Position numbers and translations under genes: made by a program. Under the pieces are notes generated by a model. The model ran no database searches and was not told the origin of the DNA. It was given only the letters and a program-made list of their open reading frames with translations. DNA of 64,000 nucleotides from Flaccisagitta enflata (Eukaryota): assembly GCA_965153355.1 (NCBI GenBank), contig OZ231126.1, positions 37,510,001 to 37,574,000 on the forward strand. Reading direction: 5' to 3'. Every line of letters begins with the position of its first letter. Positions within the stretch are counted from its first letter, which is position 1. Below are positions 11,804-23,320 of this stretch, one piece after another.

Positions 11804-14800
11804 TGTGCGCGCTCCTACGCGCTTTTGCGATGCTCTTTTTGATTTGATGCGTTTAACTCACCTACCTTCCGTTTAACTTACCCCTGGTGAGACGCCTTGT
11901 CATTAATTTGATACTCGACCAAAATGGAAACAGATTTGCTCTTTAAGGACGGGAGAGATTTTCTTTATAAGAACATACGATCTATGGCTAGTCTATTTCT
12001 CTTTTGTGTCCATTTCCTTCTATTATGCGTCTATTTTGCGTCAATGGTAAAGAAATTGGCAAGTTTCTAATGATTCTCTCATTTTCCCCATTTCAGATGA
12101 TAAATGATACATGAATTTTATCATTGTTTACCTCGATACCCCTAAGTCAGGACCGAGTTGAAGTTTTTGCAGGTATAAGCATTTCCAAGGCTTGTAATAT
12201 TGATACATATTGATTCTTGTAAACAATTGCTTGTTTATAAATAATTCATTGTTTATAATAAAACATTTTTGCAGACCCAGCGTCTCTTGCATTTACTACT
12301 ACTGCCCAGAGAAGGGGGATCGCGGACAGGCGCTTCAACTCGATGGCTTCGCTGACGTCGGCTCCGGTCCGGGTGGTGATGTCATTGGCAGCGACACGGA
12401 AAACAGGGCGTGCGTCAGCAGCGGCGTCAATGCGTTGGTGGACCGTCTCCAGCTTCCGGCGCTCCATCAACAACTTTGTGAAGCGTTCTTCTCTGCATCA
12501 AGGACGCCGTCGGCGGAGAATATTTTATGTCTTCAACAATGTCACATCGCGGCGAAAAATGCGTATAACGCCGCAATTTCAGCTGCATATCGAACTTTGC
12601 CAAGTGAATCAATCAGTTTCTTTGTGACCACCGTGTATCCATGTTGCGTCCTCATCGAAGAATCGCGCCGTTATTTGGAAACTCTACTGCCCATGATGCG
12701 TTTATTGCCAACTCCGACTTCCGGAAAGACTGAAACCCCAAAGGCGGGAATCGACGGGAGTGATAGAGAAGGAGAAGGTGAGGGTGTTGACATCATTGGA
12801 AGTGGTAGTAGAGGCGGCCGAGATAGAGGGTTGGAAGGTGGTGGCGGTTGTAATGATACTCACATTTGGCGAAGACCAACTATCTCTTCTCCCATTCCAA
12901 CGCCAAAGGCGTGTTTGACACAACCTCCATCCATCGCCGTCGATGGACTCGACTGCGAAAGAGTAAGTGATGGTGGTGGTGGCGTTTTAGGTGGCGGTGG
13001 AATTGAAAGTGGAGGTGATAGTTTTGCAGTTGTTTCATCCCCGTCTCCAACGATCAATACTGATTCCCCAAAGTCGACTTCTCCCGCTGAAAGGAAAAGC
13101 GGGAGTGACAGGAGTGTCGGTGGGAGTGGAATGGTCATTATGGTTGGTGATGGCGGAGGTGACGGTGGAGACGGTGGTAGTGATTCACACGTCTCCCATT
13201 TTCTCTCTCCAACCAAGACGCAGTTGCAGAAACATTCATCAACTAAAGCCAAAAGTAACGGCAGTAATGGTGGAGGTGACAGCGTCTTTGTAAGGGTTGG
13301 AGGTGATGACGGAGGAGGTGATTGCCGAGACAAAATCGAAGCATCATCAGTGCATCCTCGTCAACAACAGCAACATCAGGATATCTGCGACGACATCAAA
13401 GAATCCATCTATTCCCCTCTTCCGACGACTAAAGAAAAGTCGTCATTTGAATATTCTCTTACATTCGTCAATAGCAAAGTAAAGAGAGGATTTCACGAGT
13501 CTGCGATGGAACCTCTCAATTCTCATTCAGCTTCTCTTTCATCTCATCCTCTACCCATCGCGCATAAAGGTCGAAGTGACAGCGTCGTAGGTGGGAGTGA
13601 TGATAGACATGATGATAGTGATGTCCATCTTATTACATCGGCGAAGCAAAAGAAGAAAGCATTCGTCAATAGAGAAGTAAAGAGAGGTTTGGAGATAGAG
13701 AAAACAAAAGGAGGATTTCACGAGTCTGCGATGGAACCTCCCAATTCTCATTCAACTTCTCTCTCATCTCATCTTCCTCCCAATGATTATTCGACGACGA
13801 TGACGACGACGACGTCGCCGTTGGATCCATCAACTTCATCTTCATCTAGTTCATCGTCCATCTCGATGTCAAAGGCGCGTAAAGGTCGTAGTGACAGCGT
13901 CAGAGGTGGAGGGGACAATATCAGAGGTGGAGGTGACAGCGTCCAAGGTGGAGGAACTGATGGTGGTGATAGTGATGTTCATCTTATCACTTCGACGAAG
14001 CAAAAGAAGAAAGCAATCGTCAAAATGAAAAAAGTGGAAAGGAAAAAGAAACAGAATGAAAGAATTCACGAGTCTGCGATGAAATCTTTCTCTTCTTCAC
14101 CTTCTCTGCCATTTCATCTTCCGTCGTCAGTAAAGAAGAAAGCGACGTCGGACTCCTTATTGGTCTCCTTTTCTCCTGGCAAGTCGTCTTTGGCCTCTTC
14201 TCCTGGCAAGTCGTCTTTGGCCTCTTCTCCTGCCAAGTCGTCTTTGGCCTCTTCTCCTGGCAAGTCGTCTTTGGCCTCTTCTCCTGGCAAGTCGTCTTTA
14301 TCTTCTTCTCCTGGTATGTAGTTTTTGTCCTTTTCTCCTCTTAAGTCGTCTTCAGCCTCTTCTCCTGTCAAGTCGTCTTTGGCCTGCTCTACTGACAAGT
14401 AGTCTCTGGCCTCTTCTGCTGGTGAGTCGTCTTTGGCCTCTTTGACAGCCAAGTCGTCTCTGGCCTCTTCTACTGGCAAGTCGTCTTTGCCCTCTTCTTC
14501 TGGCAAGTCGTCTCTGGCCTCTTTGACTGGCAAGTCGTCTCTGTCATCTTCTCCTGGCTGGGTGTCTCTGGCCTCTTCTCCTGGCAAGTCGTCTCAAGCC
14601 TCTTTGACTGGCATGTCGTCTCTGGCCTCTTCTACTGGGGCAAGTCGTCTTTGGCCTCTTCTACTGGCAAGTCGTCTCTGGCCTTATCTCGGATCAAGTC
14701 TTTGGCCTTATCTCCATGGGACATGAGAAAGTCCCACTCGTTTTCTCCTTGGAACAATTCTGTGGCGTATGCCTACGCCAATTTGCCATCTGCTCTCGTG

Positions 14801-17800
14801 GCTTTATTCAAGTTGCCATCTGCTTTCGTGGCTTTATTCAAGTTGCCATCTGCTGTTGTGGCTTTTCAAGTGCCACTTTCCGTTGTGGATTTTTGTGTGC
14901 CACTTTCCGTTGTGGCTTTTCAAGTGCCACCTTCCGTTGTGAAATCTCTCTTCTCATCTCCCCTCGTGCCATCTCCTCTTACGTCTCAACAATCTCCATC
15001 CTCTTCCCGTTTTTCCGGAGGGACCCAATGGGGTTTTCAAGATTTTCAAAGCAGTGAGAATCATATTTCTACTCCGACTTCGTGTTTGGAAGAGGAAGGG
15101 CAGGAGGAAGAGGAGGAGGAGGAGAAGAAAAGTCGAGATAGATCTTCGATATTTCCTTCTTTTTATCGACATTCTCCCTCCAACCGTCAGTCCCGCGTTA
15201 AGCCTCTACCTTCGATGTTCGATGAAGAGGAAAGGGAGGAAAAGGAGGAAAAGGAGGAGAAAGAGGAAGAGGAGAAAAGTAATCGGAGATCATCGACATT
15301 CGTCTTTGTTCATCGGCATCGTGACCGTCATCCTTCCCTCAACAACATTCAACCCTTCATTCAGCCTCATCTGTCTTCGATGATCAAGGAAGAAAAGACG
15401 TTAAAGTATCATGATCCTTGATCGAAGGCGATCAAAAGCGAAAAGAAAATTCCTATGATCGTCCTCATGGTTTGAGTTCTGGCGCCAAAAGAAGTGATCT
15501 CGGTGTTCTTTGTTTACCGTCATGATCGATGCCATTGGACTTTCACGTGCTTCTCTGCATTGGTAGCCATTTTCTTCCTCGTGATCTGATCTTACATCGG
15601 ACTGGTCGCGGGACTATCTCTGCGTGCGCCAGCGCCAGCTAACCCATAGCGTTACAAGCGCTGTTTGCTCAACACGAGCTGGAAGCCTGCTACTCCAGTG
15701 TTATGACGCCGCATGGTGTCGCGCCAAAGCCTCTGCAACGCCCACCGGCGCGCTGCGCTCATTGATGCGACGCCGTTCTGCGGGCGGTCGCCGCTTCTAT
15801 GAGCAAAAGAGGCGGCCAAACTTCTTCCGTTATGTTCGTGTAGCTATGGGCGTTCTGAAAAACATCTTCGAAGATGAAGCGCCATCTATCTGAAGTGATG
15901 AATGCAGCCATCCTCTCTGGGCGTGAAGCGCCATCCTCATGGCGTGAGCGCCGTCCCCTTCTGATGTGAAACGCCATCTGCGCCGATGCCGTCTCTCACC
16001 GCAAAGCGGATGGCGTACTATAATCTCATTATCGAAGAAGATGGACATATTAGCGATCAATATCTCATGTTCATCAGTGGATGTTTCGTTCGATGGTTGT
16101 CTTTCGTTGAGTTCGTTTGTTCTCGTCGGTCGATGAAATCTGCTCATCATCTAGCCAACTCATTAGTGTGGATGTCAATTGGGATGTGGTTGTCTGTTCT
16201 TCAAGCACTCTTCATAGATATTTCTCAGGTGATTCTCTCGTTGTTTATTTTAGTGGTGTTAAGATCACGTGAATGAAGATGGGAAGGAAGATAATCCCCG
16301 TTGATTGTGGATACAATCGTCGTCTTGCTCCTATGAATAGTGTCGTCGATTTCCATGTTATATTTTGTTTAAAGATGGACCAGCATGGCCTAAAATATTC
16401 TTATAGTTCTCTTTAATCTCCATGATTCTCATGTCACCAGCACAAGCTACTGTAAGAAACATTGGTTCACGTTTAGTGGGGTTGAATCGGGGGGGTGTTC
16501 CGTGATTGGAATGGTCAGGTGCAAGCAATTCATGACATTTTATTTCCAAATCATTCACTTAACCTTTTTTTTCAGCTTTTGAAAAATGATCAAGAATATT
16601 TTAGTATTATTGATATTTATTTTTTCATCAGCTATTTTTAGCTTTCTGAAATTTGCCTAAGGCTATTTGAAAGTCACGGGCCTTTATATTTCTGATTGCT
16701 CTTTCTTTTTGAGCGTGGCAATATTTGTTTTCTGAGTAAACAGTGTTTACATTTGATAACAAATTACGAGCTGAAATGGATAAGTAGATTTCAGTTCTTT
16801 GTTTCTATCTGTCTGTTTGAATAAGGATTAGATATTTCATTTCGGATTTATGTTTATATTTCCCTCCTGTTGCATTGCATATGTAACTTTTCCTTTCCGT
16901 AAGCTGTTAGGTTTACTTTTGATTATGGATTTCGAGCTGAAATGGATAAGTAGATTTCAGTTCTTTATTTCTTTCCTTTTTTTTTCCCGCTTAATTCACG
17001 GAGAAAAATCGTTCACATTCTTACATTCAGAAATTACGTTTGTTGCATTGTACATGTAACTTTTCCTTTTGGTAAGTTTTGAGGCTTACACTTAGTTACG
17101 AATTTGATTTAGCTTTCTGATTCGATTAAGTTTTCTGATTTGATTTAGCCTTCTGATTTGATATAGCTTTCTGAATTCAGTCTAAGACTAGAAGGTCACT
17201 GGCGTTTATAATTCTGATTGCTTCTTTTCCTTTTGAGTGCGTGACATGATTTTGAAAAGTCAACGCCAATATTCTTTTGTTTGCTGAAATGGATAAGCTG
17301 ATTTCAGTGTTATGTTTCCATTGAAAATGGGTTTATAGATTTTTCGCGTTTGCTTCAGAGAAAAGCGTATGAATCTTATTTTGTATTTCCATAATTTGTC
17401 ATATAGAATTGACATTACGTTGCCTAAATGTACGGCAATTTTTCAAGGCCTAAGTGAATGGCATTTGTTTCATTGTTCGCGCCTATATGGATGGCGTCTT
17501 TTCTTTCATGTATTAGCTCGCCAAAATGAACGGCATTTCTGTGATTATTTTGTCGCCTTAGTGAGTGACATTTCCAGTTTGTTCAGCATTGAAGTATTGC
17601 ATACTTTCGATGTTCTCCAGCCTATAGCATGGCATTTTCACGAATTCCTCCGGCCTATAGTAAGGCTTCATTCCTAATTTTCTCCGGCCTATAGCATGGC
17701 ATTCATTCCTAATTTTCTCCTTCATTCCTAATTTTCTCCGGCCTATAGCATGGCATTCATTCCTAATTTTCTCCGGCCTATAGCATGGCATTCTTCTTTG

Positions 17801-18761
17801 GCCTAAAGTATGGCATTGTTTCTGAATTTCCTAGCAGCCTTAGTATGGCATTCCTTTTGATTTCCTCGGCCTGAAGTATGGCATTTTCTCCATTATTCTT
17901 ATGCCTAAGAGTATGGGTTTTTCATTCATTCTTGCACATAGCATTCTATGCATGTATCCTGATTCAGATTTCAGTTGAGAAAATGAATTTTGGTCCATCT
18001 CTTTTCTAGTTGCCCTAAATGTAGCCTGAAATTGAGAGAATCTTTTTCTATTTTGGCATTCATTTTAGATTGGCATTTTGTTTGTGCTTAGCCTTTTTGT
18101 TTGTGCTTAGCCCTTTTTTCCGTGCCTAGCATTTTGGTCACGCTTAGCATTTTGCCCCATTATGGCTCATTTTGGAAATGATTTTCCGGTCATTTTAGAC
18201 ATGCTGGGTGTGTTGGATATGTTTGACATCTCCAAGTGGGGGGTGTGCGCGCTCCTACGCGCTTTTGCGATGCTCTTTTTGATTTGATGCGTTTAACTCA
18301 CCTACCTTCCGTTTAACTTACCCCTGGTGAGACGCCTTGTCATTAATTTGATACTCGACCAAAATGGAAACAGATTTGCTCTTTAAGGACGGCAGAGATT
18401 TTCTTTATAAGAACATACGATCTATGGCTAGTCTATTTGTCTCTTTCGTGTCCATTTCTTTCTATTATGCGTCTATTTTGTGTCAATGGTAAAGAAATTG
18501 GCAAGTTTCTAATGGTTCTCTCATTTTCCCCATTTCAGATGATAAATGATACATGAATTTTATCATTGTTACCTCGATACCCCTAAGTCAGGACCGAGTT
18601 GAAGTTTTGCAGGTATAAGCATTTCCAAGGCATACTGATATTGATTCTTGTAAACGATTGCTTGTTTATAATAATTCATTGTTTATAATAAACATTTTTG
18701 CAGACCCAGTAACCGTCTCTGCATTTACTACTACTGCCGAAGAAAGGGGGGATCGCGGACA
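11804..18761 (+). mobile_element. LTR element (~6.96 kb) lacking a recognisable pol
   Basis: Direct repeats 11804-12328 and 18244-18761 with TG..CA ends and a 7/8 terminal inverted repeat. PPT immediately before the 3' LTR, imperfect PBS-like ggcgcttcaac after the 5' LTR. It splits a DINE-like repeat. No clear TSD. Confidence 0.8.
12210..16150 (+). pseudogene. Copy 2 of the long LTR-internal ORF; open 12210-14321, then disrupted by stops and frameshifts
   Basis: Nearly identical to 35..3160 from 13131 to ~14300, then degraded. First in-frame ATG is at 12693. The region upstream looks helical (LHQQLCEAFF...EESRRYLETLL). Confidence 0.55.
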
Positions 18762-20276
18762 ATCAGTCTGTTGGTCCATCAGTGCAAGTCATAAAGAGGG
18801 AAATGAGCGTTTTGTGTACTTTTGGCGTATGTTTGTGTATATGTGGGGTATTAAGGTGTGGATGGCGGTTGGACGCCCCTGCCCACCCGTCCGCAACGAT
18901 ATTGTGACCCCACGTCACATGCTGTGTATGAGTCTGTGTTGGGAGGGAGTTGGGTGGGGCATTGGGTGTGAATGGGGGTTGCCATTTGCAACAATATTGT
19001 GACCCAGCGTCACTGTTTTTTCATTCTATCATGAATTCCATTTCCATTCTTTTTTTCTTATTTTCCTTTTTTCTTCTTTTTTTTTTTTTTCTCTTCCTTT
19101 TTCTCTTCTTTCTTCTTTCTCTTTCTTTCTCTCTTTCTTTCTTTCTTTCTTTCTTTATTTTTCTATAATTCGCTTTCCTCTCTTTCTTCCTATTTTTTCT
19201 TTTCTTTTTTTTCATTTTCTTCCTTCTTCTTTTCTTCCTTTTTTTCTTTCTTTCTTTCTTCCTTTCTTCCTTCCTTCCTTTCTTTCTTTCTTTCTCTCTA
19301 AAAGAAAAAAGTGTAGGAAGCGTTGAAAACGCGTAATGCGAACGCCTTAGCAACCAAAAACGTTGGATGCGATGCGTAACGCGATGCGCGAGCTGCCGGG
19401 AAACGCGAATGCAAACGCTTTTGAAAATCCCGCGCATCCTTAGCCCTGTTTTGCATCTTGGCAAGCTCAAATGCCCCATCAACTTTCAAAATGTCATTTT
19501 TGAAAATTTTCTAAAATTTTAGGCATCTTAGCTACTGGTAGACATTAATTCATATACATCAATTTACACTTTTCTATTGGAGATTGATAAGAAAATAAAT
19601 ATATGTCTCTGGAACTAGCCGATGGTAAAATTGCCAAGTCATTATCTGCCTTTGTTAAAGTGTGACATTCTTCTAAAAACAAAAGATAATGAGATCAGAA
19701 TTTCTCCTTATTATCACCTGATTTGTGTCCACTGAAAATACCAAATTTGCATAGGGAATCCAAAAATATAAAAACCAAGAATATAAGACTCTTTTGAATT
19801 AGTATATCTACAGTTATATGTTTTAGAAAACGCAAATCTTGTTATTTCTAAGATACACTTATCAAATTTTTATTACACAAGATTGTCCTATTTTTGTTCC
19901 AAATTATGTTCCAGAGGATGTTTATGATCATTCTGGACAGTGACACCAAATCTGGCTTTGTGTTAGCTAGTTGTACTATTTGCTTGCTAACAAAAATCAT
20001 TTGTTGCATTTGAATTAATAATTAATTTGATTATTACAAACCAGAAAAAATATATTAAAAAGGGCATGAATAAAAAGTTCTATTCGACTGTGCAACATGT
20101 CTTATTCGTTCGCCACTTTTTCCCTTCCTTCGAATTCGTCCCAGTTGCTTTTTGTCTGTCTGTGCACTTGTCTATTCATTGTCTTTCTCGTCCCAATATT
20201 TGCTCAATTTGTCTGTCTGTCTGTCTGTCTGTCTGCTTTTGTTTTTCTGTCTGTCAGCCTATCTGCATCTCTCGCT

Positions 20277-20315
<39 letters not shown>

Positions 20316-21115
20316 TTTTTCCTCAAGGAAGTGTTTATAGAATGATTCAATTAATTTATGGATCAAAAAAATTCTCTCAATCAAAGTCAACAAATGTTTT
20401 TCACAATTCAAAATTGGAGTGTTAAATGACTCTGAATTGTAATTGTTAATTTTTTGTGTGTGCGTGTAATATGTCTGTGAGGGTCCACAAGGCCAGCTTC
20501 CACATTTTTCAGTTTGGATACATAGAGGGATGTTGTTCCACTTGCGATGCCATAAAAATGATCACATTTGTGCATATGCAAGAGCTATCAAATCTGCTAT
20601 CTAGAGCGACTTTTCGTTCACTTAATACCTTTCACAACTATCATTCTAAACGAGCTAGATTAAGTAATAATATGTAGTGATTGTCGCGGACGAGTGGGCA
20701 GGGGCTTCCTCCACACACACAAACTTACACAATCTAAACAGCAACATCTCTATCATGCGCTTTTACACTTTACAAACAACATCCTCAGGCGCTAAAGCAC
20801 CTCAAAAGGAAATACAGCCGCAAGTATGCTTGGTTCAATAGACAGACCATATAGACACGCTACCGTGAGACTAGTTAAAAACGCGTGAAACAATTGGTTA
20901 AGAAGCACCATGAAGGGACCCTGGTCGTTCAGGCTGCATAGATAATCGTTGTGAAAATAGATACTTCATCAAAGTTATTTTACCAAAATTACATGAATGT
21001 AAAAGAGGTGATTTACCCTTAAGTATAAAATTTGTACGTATCGTTGGTTATACGTACCAAGGCGCATGAGACAAAAGTGGATGAGTCGGATACGAAATCT
21101 TGGTCTTTTCATACA

Positions 21116-21315
21116 TTTTTAGTTGCGGTCACGCAACTCTATAAGAGGCTTTGTCCGTCCGTCCGTCCGTCCGTCCGTCCGTCCGTCCGTCCGTCCGTCC
21201 GTCCGTCCGTCCGTCCGTCCGTTGGTCCGTAACCATCGAGTCGAAAAGTGGGAAAACGCGTATTTCCGCTCCTGTCCACCCGTCCGCAACTGATGGCCGT
21301 GTATCCGGCCTTGTT
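21116..21315 (+). mobile_element. DINE-1/HINE-like (Helentron-associated) short element, type example
   Basis: 5' hairpin AGTTGCG-gtca-CGCAACT, a (GTCC)n microsatellite, 3' stem GGCCG..CGGCC then TTGTT, T-rich flanks. Related copies lie at ~11710/18762, 24770, 25098, 25613, 29228, 35381, 35920, 36730, 41730, 44790, 45250, 51660, 52351, 56161 and 60697. Confidence 0.7.
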
Positions 21316-21648
21316 TTCTTATAACATGCGTTGACAATGATCGGGAATGATCGGGAAGGTCGAAGTCAGTCAGTTCAGAGAAACATGGTTTTCATTTTTT
21401 TAAGTAAGGGATCTCATGGGGCTGAATGAGCCCTTGGACAAAACTGATAGGGTAAGTAAATTTGACATTTGGCGCCAAGCAGAATGCTCTACGACAAATA
21501 TCTTTTGTTTAGAATGTTTAAAAAAATTTTTACAAAAAATTCCAATTGAATTTTTTTCCGATTTTTCATGATTATGTGTAAGATCAATTGATTTTTGATA
21601 TATTGATTTTTGTTTGGACATGCAAATACAAGAAAACATGTTTAGGAG

Positions 21649-22378
21649 CAGCGCCGTATGGGAGGCTTTGAATTTGGGGGGTCCACCCCCAATTTGTGTC
21701 ACGACAATTTCTTAGTGTCCCAACTAACTTACTAGTGATCTTTTGTCTCTATATGTATAGAGATCAGTATTTTTTGTGCATATCAGTAAAAGAGAGCCTT
21801 GTTTTAAATCTAAGTACAGTAGAAGATTTTTTTAAAAAATGACACACTTGGTTGTGAGCGCTCTTTTATTAATGTGATGGGTGGTTTTGCCTGCACTTAT
21901 CAATGCAGGGTGATGTTTTGTCTTATGACGGGAAGCCTAATCATTATCAAATGTTGTCACAGTTTGAGCATTGTGCTTTATGACTTTAAGGAGTAAACCG
22001 AAATTATTGTCAAGCAGAGATTTTTAAAAAAAAAGATTCAGATCAGTTTCTTATGATGGGGTAAATATGTACGACGAAAAAAGGTTCAGAAATGTAGAAA
22101 CATACAGAATGATCAGTTTGAGTATTGCCATCTAAACTAGTATGAGAGCCCGTATTTGTGAATAGCACAGTGGTGGCAGTCAATTCCACTAATCCCCTTT
22201 GTATCAGGTTCGAAACAATCCCTCTTTCTCTCCCTCTCCTCTTCCGCTCTTTCTCTCCCTCTCCTCCTCCGCTCAGTCTCTCTCTCTCTCCTCTTCCACT
22301 CAGTCTCTCTCTCTCCTCTTCCACTCAGTCTATCTATCTCCTCTTCCGCTCAGTCTCTCTCTCTCTCCTCTTCCAATT

Positions 22379-22464
<86 letters not shown>

Positions 22465-22527
22465 GGTTGTGTGTCCCGACCAGGTGCCGCCATGGCGGCC
22501 CTGGCGGCCTCTTGCCATACGGCCCTG
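21649..22527. mobile_element. hAT-type MITE (879 bp)
   Basis: TIRs CAGCGCCGTATGG / CCATACGGCCCTG, perfect 8-bp TSD tttaggag, internal (CT)n. Confidence 0.92.
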
Positions 22528-23249
22528 TTTAGGAGCATAGCTGCTCATCTGTGAGGGTGTTTTTGAGTATTCTTGCTCATTACCTCATTTAGCTCAGTAT
22601 TTCTTCTGATTCTGAATGGGATAAAAAAATAAATGTGAGCATGCGAGCATGTAAATACAAGAAAGCATGTCATTGAGCATAGCTGGTTGTCTGGTTGAGT
22701 GATCTTAAGTATTTTAGCTCATCTAGCAAATTTGGCTCGGTCCTATTTTTCTCTGATATTCAGTACAATCCATACATAAAATTGCTTTCAATTTGATCTA
22801 ACAAATAAAAAAAAATTGCAGTGACTGAAGACAAAAGCTTGGTGGGGATAGGTCAATGCTTACGACATTACCGCCAATACTGGTAAACTTTTTGCTAAAT
22901 AGCTAAAGGTCAGACAATCTTTCTTGAATGTCATCTTTGCTGCAGAAGCTGTCATGATCATAGAGAAGAAAACATCGTTCCCCTGCCAAACCAGTGGTTG
23001 CCAACCATATGAGGCCTTTAAAGTTCCTCGAGTTCTCTCCAGCGTCTTATCCATGACCATGAAGATGCCACATTGTTGCTCACAAAAGAACAACATTGAG
23101 ACTTAAGATGGGGTTTTTAGAGGGGGCAGTCTGATTGTTAATTGTCCGTTTGTTCTCTTCTCATATAGCAAGTAACGTGGGGTTGAAATATCATCGCGGA
23201 CATGTGGGTAGGGGCGTGTACCGTGCAACACCCTCTCCACCCACACCCA

Positions 23250-23320
<71 letters not shown>

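Larger units (their letters stand above)
11378..19448. mobile_element. Non-autonomous hAT-type TIR element carrying nested insertions
   Basis: TIRs CAGGGATAAGGATGCG / CGCATCCTTAGCCCTG (15/16). Flanking 8-mers tttcgcat / ttttgcat. GATGCG-rich subterminal repeats at both ends. No transposase. Confidence 0.8.
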
